Positions 52,901 to 61,900 of a DNA stretch of 64,000 nucleotides are shown piece after piece. The notes beneath the pieces are model-generated. The model was not told the origin of the DNA. It saw only the letters and a program-made list of their open reading frames with translations, and ran no database searches. The stretch's first letter is position 1. Every line of letters begins with the position of its first letter. The position numbers and the translations under genes were made by a program. The DNA comes from Chrysiogenes arsenatis DSM 11915 (GTDB taxonomy: Bacteria > Chrysiogenota > Chrysiogenetes > Chrysiogenales > Chrysiogenaceae): assembly GCF_000469585.1 (NCBI RefSeq), contig NZ_AWNK01000004.1:40311-104310 (forward strand), read 5' to 3'.

Positions 52901-55900
52901 AAGTTTTCCCGTCTGCCAAATGAACAGCATCGACGATAAGAGTCAGATCCTCAGAGACCGACACATTATCGTTGAAATTCGCAACCGTGGCACCGGTGAT
53001 CGCCAGTGTTGCCGCTTGTACTTTCGCATTGAATTTGATCGTGCCACCATTGAGGGCAATATTCAAATCAGCATCGGCGGTCACAATGTCAGCGGTAATG
53101 GCAATATTCCCCGCCGTGCTGCCACTGAGCGTCACCATGCCACTACCAAAGCCTACCGTTCCACCTATAATCGTCAATGAACCGCCATCCAGCAGGGTTA
53201 CACCTTTTTTGAAAATGACATCGCCCGTCGCATTGATGACCAGATCGCCAGCTATCGTCACCGCTTCTTCAAAGGTGACGTCGCTTGCACCGGTGATGTT
53301 CATACCAGCCAAATACCCTGTGGCCGGAGCCGTACCACTGCCTGAGCCCACTTCGCTCCAAACAATGACACGACCACCATCACTGAGATTTAGATTGAAT
53401 GTCGTCTCCACCCCGCCACTATTCGCGGCTAAGTAGTAACCAGCACTCTCACCACCCAGTGTAATATCGCCCCCACTGGTTACCGACACGCTGGAACCTA
53501 CGATCCGTAACGAGTCATGAATCGTATACTCTCCGGCAAATAAGTGTCTTCCACTAAGGTTGGTAGTTGCACCAGAACCGGTGATATTCAGCGATCCACC
53601 TTGAACCGTTCCACCCAAGTAGGTGGTATCGGAGTTCACTACAAAATCCCCTGCACCAACATTGATATCGCCATCGAGTTTTAATACCGTGTCGCCACTA
53701 TTGTCGACGGTCAAACCTTCGGACTTCAGCTGCGTCACGGTGAGCTGATTCGCGTTATTGCCCGTCAGGTTCAGTGCAACCGTTTTGGTTGTTTCCAGAT
53801 TCAGTGCGCCCGTCGCACCAGTAGAGACCTCGCCACTGATATTCAATGCCGCATTACTACGAATATGCGTATTGGCATTGGCCGAATTTACCCCATTGAG
53901 GGTGACAGACGTATTCGTACTATCGGCAAGAGTAAAGTCAACTTTCAGCTCCGCACCACCAGCACTGCTATTGGTGAGATTGGTTAACTGAGCATTACCA
54001 GAAACCTGTAAATTCAGGCTTCCCCCTTGCATCGCTACCGTACCACCAGCTAAATCCCCCTGTTGTTGAACGGTGAGTGCCACACCCGCCGTCGCCTGAG
54101 TATTCAGGTTTAAGTTCGCCGTTTGCGTACTCAGGGTCGTATCTTGCGTCACGGCAACGGTTAGATTTTTTGCAGTAATGGTGCCCGAAGAGAGGACGGT
54201 ATTCCCCGTCAGACTAATATCTGAATTTCCAGTACCAACGTTACTTCCGAGCACAATATCGCCACCAGAACTTGCTAAGTCGAGTGACTGCCCATCTCCC
54301 AATGGCAAATCGGTTACCCATATGTTGCCAGTAGCCGTAGCGGTTAGCGGTACATATCCATCACCACCTAAACCCACCTGCGAGTTCAGAATCGGTTTCG
54401 GGATACTCACCACGTAATCGCCTTGCACGTCTGTTTCCAGTTGCGCCAAGCTCAATGCAGATTGAGAGACCATGTTACGAGTAAATTCACCGCTGGAGGT
54501 TGCAATATTGAGAGTATCCAAAGCCCCAGTTGCACCAAGGATAGACACCGTATCCCCTACAATATGCACCGCACCACTTGGGGCGGCTTCCATGCGCTGA
54601 ATAGTGCCAATGGTATCCAACGTCACAGCACCGGCGGGCGCCGACACAAGACCAACTTTAATATCCCCTAAAGTTGCAACCGAAATGGTGTTCGTAACGC
54701 TATTGGTCATAGAACGGACATCAACCAGTGTCAAATCATCCTTCGTGCGGAGGTCGATCGCCCCATTGCCCGTGATCATTTGCTCGACTTTCAGCACACC
54801 GCTCTGCCGCACGGTGAGGTTACCGGAGTCCGTCTGCACATCTAACGACTTGACATTGGTAAACAGTGTCACATCGTCGGTTGCCCTTACCCGCAGTGTC
54901 TCTGACTTCAGCAATCCGCCCGTATTCATACTGATACGGTCGGCATGGAGTTCAATCAAGCTACTCGCATTGATGACACCGGCGGCTAAGTTGAGGTGCG
55001 CCGCTTCTATTTTAAGCGAATTTAGTGGCTCTAAACTTGTCAGACCGGCGATAACGCCATTGAGATAGAGATCATTCGTGGTTGCAATAGAGACACTTTC
55101 TTTGGCGCGCATATCCAGCACATGAACCATCAGCGTTGGTGCAATTACCCGAATAAAACCGCTTGGGCTACTTTCTGTAGGAGAACCTTCAGTTGGTGTA
55201 CCTGGATTTTCCCCTTCAAGATTCACCACGGCAATATCTGACAATCCCGATGCCCGCATTACCAATTTATCTATTTTTCCGGCTGGATTATCCAAACGGA
55301 GCAGATCTCCCTCGAACATGATGTTGGCATCTGACACCAGCTCTACCAGAGCATTGGCACGGATGGCAGCGTTGAGAGTGAGTGTTTGACCAGAATCATC
55401 GACACCAGTACCCGAATGCACCGCATGGATAATAACCTTGTCCGCCGACATATCCTCATCAAAGCTTGTCACTTGACTACCCGCATTACCAAAGGCAAAG
55501 GCGCTGGCACGGTATTCCAACGTACCGGCCGCCTGATTAAACTGACGGTAGAGGTTGACACTCCCTTGCGTAGCTACCAATGCCAGATTGGTATAGCCGG
55601 TAACCGAGTCATCGGCACTACTGCTCCAACCATCCGGTTTTTCGACCAGTACATTGCCCTCTTCCGACTGTAAACGGATCGTGTGGCCACTTACCTGAGC
55701 CTCTTTATCGAGACGCACATCATCCTGCGCACTTATATGCAAAAGGCCAGAACCTTGTAATGCTACCGTACCAAGTAACAGTCCGGGTGAAGTTTGCCCC
55801 GCTAACGAACGGTCGCGTACAATCAAATCGCCGCTGTCACTACTGGCTTGTAGGTGATTGACCGCTACCTCTAGCCCACTTACACCAGTACCAGCATCCA

Positions 55901-58900
55901 GAATTAACTGGTCGGCACGGATCATAGCCTGATCAACAGTGGCGCCTACAATATCTGCCGTAGTGGTTACGCTGACGAAGTCACGCACGCCATTATTACC
56001 ACCGCGAATCCAGATATTTTCGACCACCAAACGGTCATTACTGACAACCGCTACGTTGCCTGCATCAAGGAGGATATCCCCCAGAATCAGGGCACGGCCA
56101 CTTTGATTCAGTGTCAGATCGCCAGAGGCCAATTCTGCATCAATACGACCCGCTTGCGTGCGCAAACTCGTAGCCGTCCCCAACGACAAGTGCAGCTGCT
56201 CTACCGCAATGGCTGGGGTATTTTCATCGATATTTTGCACCCTACCCGGTGTGATCAAATGCACGTAACCACTACTAACAAGAGTGCCAATAGCAATTTG
56301 CGCCTGAGCCGCGTTCACGGCAACCGTGTCACCAACATTGAAGCCCTCACCCAGCACCGTCTGCACTTCCAGCGTCAGGCGATTCTGGCTCACATCACCA
56401 CTCAGTTGAGCGTCTACTACCCGCAAATTGCCGGTATTTGTCAGGGTGACCAGCATGTCCACCGCATTGACAAGCGAAAGATCAAGGTTGCCCACATGGC
56501 TGATATCCATAGTGCTCCCCGTGCCAGAAAGCTTCAGCGACTGAACATCGTTCAGCACCAGCGTTGCTGTACCACCAGCCGCAAGGTGGAGCGTTTCGCC
56601 CTGCAAGTAAGCCCGTGCCATCAAAGTATCACCAGTAAAGCTCGCTTGCTGTATCAGATCCCCTTGGGTACTGATAAGCGTAACGGTATTTCCCGCACCA
56701 ATCCCTTCGACAAAGCTACTGGCATCCAGTACGATATCACCCGTATTGGCCTGCAGGGTAATATGGTGGGCATATACCTCACCCAAAATATGCAGATGGT
56801 GCTGCGCCTCCACTACCACTTGGCCGTCAACCAGCGCGGCACTACCAATTTGGCCTGCGAGCGAAGCATCTTGCGCACTGTTCAGGCTAATGTTGCTCGC
56901 CAGCAGGGTGGAAGTATTCGCAAGCGCAAGCTCACCAGCGATTAAGGACAAACTCTCTGCCGTTAAAATCGATTGCGAAGCAAGTACGCCCGAACCTTCC
57001 ACGGCCGCTTGCCCCTGCACACTCAGCAATCCACCAGCTTCCACTGTCAGCGCCTGTGTCGCCGTTACTAAGCCGCGCAAATCGACAGCACCGGCACTCT
57101 CCAAACGGATATTCCCCGCCTGCAATGATTGCCCCGCAAAAGCCGCTTGTTCTTGCACCTGACTTTCAAACCCAGGCACCTGCTCTGCACGCCCCTCTAA
57201 ACCATACGTATTCTGTGTTTCCCACTGAGTTACCGTTTCATCTACAACGGTAGCGACTTGGGTTGTAATGGCGCCATACTGCGAAACAAGCTGGGTGACA
57301 TCGTTCGGCTCGTACACCACCTGATAATGTAATTTCATACGCTGATCGCGCAAATCTGTGGTATTCGAAGTCCAGTCATAGGTGTAATCGGTAAAGGTTT
57401 CAAGTGGGGCATTTTTCGTTTGCCAGTCATCAATATGATAGAAAATTGACAACGTCGTATCGAGGCCAGTACCTGGAACTAATGCAGTATCATGATGTTT
57501 CCAAGAGAAACCAATTTGTAGAGTTCCATAAAGGTCACCACTAACTAGGCGACTAAATATATCAAGCTTTTCTCTTAACGATACATGACCACTTGCAACG
57601 TGCGAAGCGTGGTCTTGAATAGAATTGCTAAAATTATCAATAGAATTAAAATAATGGGCTGTATAAATATGACGAGGACTCATACTTGTGTTCCATGAAT
57701 ATGTAACAAGTCTGTCGATTAAATTGGAGTACAGTGTACTTTGGGTAGCGTCAAGTGTTGCAATACTTGTATTAGGATCAAGTTCAGCATCAAGTAGTGT
57801 AGAAAAATTCTGTTTCAATAACTCCATCATGCTTCCAGCAGTTGGAGTTGTGTAGTTTTCCCCTACTATAACTATATAGATTGCGCTTGTTTCTGGTGTA
57901 TAGAGATCAGCTATGCGATAGCTCCCCGCATACTGATTACTACGCGGAGTAGTAACCACTACGTTCATATTGCCCGTATTATTAATGAGCGCCTCTACAA
58001 AACGGTTATCGGCGCGGATGAGCTGGGTTGCCGGTTCACTAGGAGTAAACCCTGCCGTTACAACATTTGAATTGATTCCATAGTCCACTGCCCACGTTGG
58101 CAGTAGACCGGAACTGAATCCAGCGCTACCCACGACGCTATATTCGCGACTACCACCACCCACATAGGTTACATCCCAATAGGCAGGGTCATTACCATCA
58201 ATCACCTCATTGGCGGCGCTAATGATATCAGGAAAAGGAATAACACCCGTCCACTGCGATGCTGCCTGAGTATATTTAACCTGCGCAACGTCTTTGAAGT
58301 TTCCAACGAATTCACCCAAAAGATCGCCACCAGCTACCGGTGAGCTAAACAGCGGTACATACCCCAGCGTGTCGGCGACTGCCATTTTCTGCGCGTCGCT
58401 TAAAGCGGCAAAAGTTGTTCCAGCGGTGGGCGCACTGAGGCCATAGTTCCCCCAGACAATATTCTCATTGGTGTAGTGCGTTCCGTGCACAAAGCTCGCT
58501 TGAGTGTGACCAACGGCATTGCGATAAGTGACAGTAACCCCAAGTTCAGCCGCCGATTTCCATGTGCCACTATTATTGCCATTCATTGTGGTGTCGTTTA
58601 CCAGATATTGTGGCCCACCTTGCGACACAACGCGCAAGATATCGGCCTCAGCTCCCTGCGGCAGGCTGATCAACATATCGCGCCAACCGGCAACATCGAC
58701 GGAAGTCACCTGTTGCGCATTCCCATGCCATGACGGAGTATGGGCAGTAGCCGTCGCGGTGCCGTTCGTAACCGTCACTTTCTGTGCATTGCTGTAACTG
58801 AACTGAAACAGTGGCTTGTACCCCAGATAGTTAAGCACAGCCTGACGTTGCGCCTCGTTTAACTGGTCAAAACGGGTGTTGGCACTTGGTGCCGTCGCCG

Positions 58901-61900
58901 TGCGGTTCGGCAGGAGTTCGGTAGCCGCATTGTTCCAGTTGACTACACTGTTCTGATAATCCTGCCCTTCGATAAAGAATTCTTTGAAGTTGGTGCCATT
59001 ATGGTAGCCGGTCTGCTCCAGCGCGACATTCATCATGACATATTCGTAGCCGACCGTCACACGCGACTGCGAGACTATTTCCATCCTGGTGGTTTCCGAC
59101 CAGACAATTTTGGGAATGGTTATCGTGCCAACAGCAACACTCTGCGTGCCGGTTACAATTGGCACAAAAGTTATTTGCGTGATCAAGGTTGGCACACGGA
59201 TCGTCCGCTCCTGGGTGCCAGCAATACTCGCTTGGAGTATCAAATCGCCTCCGGTCTGAATATTGAGGTCACGGGCGGCGGTGGCTCCGCCGATACCCAG
59301 CACATACACATTACCAGCCGCCTGCAGGCTCGCGGTGGTTTGTGCCGCTTGCAATGCAACATGACCAAGGCTGAGGTCGACACCAGCACGGATATCGATA
59401 TCTCCGCTTGAATCAAGCAGCCCATTCAATACCAGTTGCCCTGCAGTGTTGATTAACAGCCGGGCTACGTTTTCGCCACTTGGGAGATCAGTCACTTTCA
59501 CCTCGCCATTTATGGCGATCGCCTGACTGAGGAGGTGGAGCAATGCACCGGACTGCAAGCGAGCGGAACCGTCTATCAGCAATTCGGCATCAGCTTGGGC
59601 GCGAAGCGTGCTCCCCGTGCCTGTGGTTTCGACCAGTGCGGCCGCAAGTATATTCAGTTGCTGAGCGGCATGGAGCGCAATGGTGTTGGCCGCATGGAGT
59701 TGACCGGCATGGGCGGCTATGCCTTCGCCATCGACGATACCATCGCCGATATAAATGCTGCCAGCACTGGAGTGTAGATGTATGTCGCTGACGAGATGGA
59801 GATACTCTCCACCCTCATTGATTTCAGCACCAAGGCGGGTTTTTACAAAAATATCATCTACTGCGGTGAGTGTCAGCGTGCCGCCAGCGACCCGCAACGT
59901 ATGCCCCGCTTCAACCAATAAGCCAAGATCTGGGTGGCTCGAAACGCCTGTGCCGCCGTGGAGTTCTAGGCTCGTGGTTGCCCAAACTTCGCCCCCAGCC
60001 ATCCAGAGCAAACCACTGGTTGTGATGGTGACATTATTACCCACTATGCGGCTAAAAGGGTTGAATTTCAAAAGGTCATCGGTGCTATCCAGGCCCGTTT
60101 GAAGCTGAATGTTGCCACTCGCCTGAATCAGCGCCAAGCTCGCTACGAGTTCGTTTGTAGTGGTGTTTAATACTTGACCACCCATTTGCAATTGTCCGTC
60201 AAGATTGAATGTCACGTGGGCGATGTTTCCAGCCGACCAGTCGGCTTCGGTTGGGTTTTCCGCGTCAAAGCGGGCACCAGCATAGGCTTGACCGACCCAG
60301 AAGGCATCGTGTGCCGTCACGGTGAGTTCACTGCCATCACCACGGAGGTAGAGCGCTGCATTTCCTGCTAAGTGCAACGTTGCCCCGGCATCAATGTGCA
60401 AATCATTAGCAACTTGTATGGTCACACTGCTTGGATCTAGCTGGCCAACGTGTGGCGTAGTGTTGCCGATATTGATATCGTTTCCAGCCTTCAGCGTTAA
60501 TGATTGCAAGAGGGCAGCGGCTTCAGTCACGTCGGTCTGGTGCGTACTGCGGACGCCAAGCATGGCATTGGCCAGCGACAGGGTATCGCCTGCTTCTAGC
60601 ATTATGGTTCCACCGCGCACATTCCCAGAGAGGGTCAGATTTTCACTGGCAAAGAGTGTTGAGATCACAGAACTGGTGGCGTTGCGGACGACGAGTGCCC
60701 CCTGGAAGTCAATAGTGCGCCCACTTAAACTGACGGCATCGTCGGCTATCAGGTAGCCGTCCGTCGTTACGGTAATGTCGCCTTGGCTCTGAAGCGAGAG
60801 GTGGGTAACGCCAAAGTCACTTCCATCAAGCGTTGAGTTAATGATCAGGTTTTGAGTTGAACCAATTTGCAGTCCGCCAGCCGCCACAATTTGACCAGCA
60901 CCCAACTCCATTTGCGCCGTGGTAGCAACTATAATCTTAACACTTCCGGCAGACTGGACGGTTGCGGGGTCACCGCTGTTGGCTTTCGGCTGTATAACGG
61001 TGCGCCCTTCAGACTCTAACCGGATGGTACTGTGAGCTTCGCTTGTTTTGAGTAGCGCCGCTCCACCAATGGTAATGGTATCCGTAGCGATCAGCGAAAT
61101 ATCGCTATTTGCTCGCACAGTGCCAAGCACGGTGAGAGTTCCGTCAACTTCAAAATGGACGGCTCCGCTCGCTCCGGCATGTTGGGTGTAGAGCGCATCG
61201 ATCTGTTCTCCGTCGGCATTGTAAATAGGTTGTAACTCGCCACCGCTCGCGGCAAAGCCCCAGATTTGCGCATCGGCATCGGCAATCATTTTAAGGATGC
61301 CATCGGGATTTTTCACGACGGCAACGGCGGTTGCTGGCATTTTAATGGCGAGGTTATCATCGCCCGCTCCGTGATTGCGGCCACTGCCACCCTGCAAGGT
61401 CATGGCACCTCCGGCACGCAGGGTACCGCCAACTTCGATTGTGCCGCCACCGGTTGCAGCGGCCTTGCCTCCGAGATAGAGTTGCCCCAGAGCTACAATA
61501 GTCATGGTGGCTTCGGTATTGATCCAGTGAATGCTTTCGGTTGGTACACCACCAGCAATAGTACGGTTTACGCTGCCACCAGCCAGCAGGTTGCCCATCA
61601 CTTCAATATGTCCAGCCGTGGTGAGCGTCAGTGTGCCCGTCTGCGTGTTTGGTTGCGGCGTAGCGCTGATACCCCCGCCAACGGTGATCCCTCCGGCAGC
61701 CGTTACTTGTATGCCAACGCCATCATAAATGCTGTTTTGTGGTATCCCGGCACGTATTTCGGCATTGCCAGACGCCGCGAGTCCGGAATCGATACGGACT
61801 TGTTGATGAAGCGATTCAAGGTAAAGACGATTATTGGCAGCGTTAAAGACAAAACCAGTGCTACCAATATTTCCGCCTGCCACGATTTCGCCGTTTGTGT

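Noticed and set aside
56103-56945. 280-aa plus-strand ORF, plus similar ones at 61266-62111, 52972-53436 and 54604-55068
   Set aside because: All are antisense to the giant gene, with biased low-complexity translations. They are shadow ORFs.
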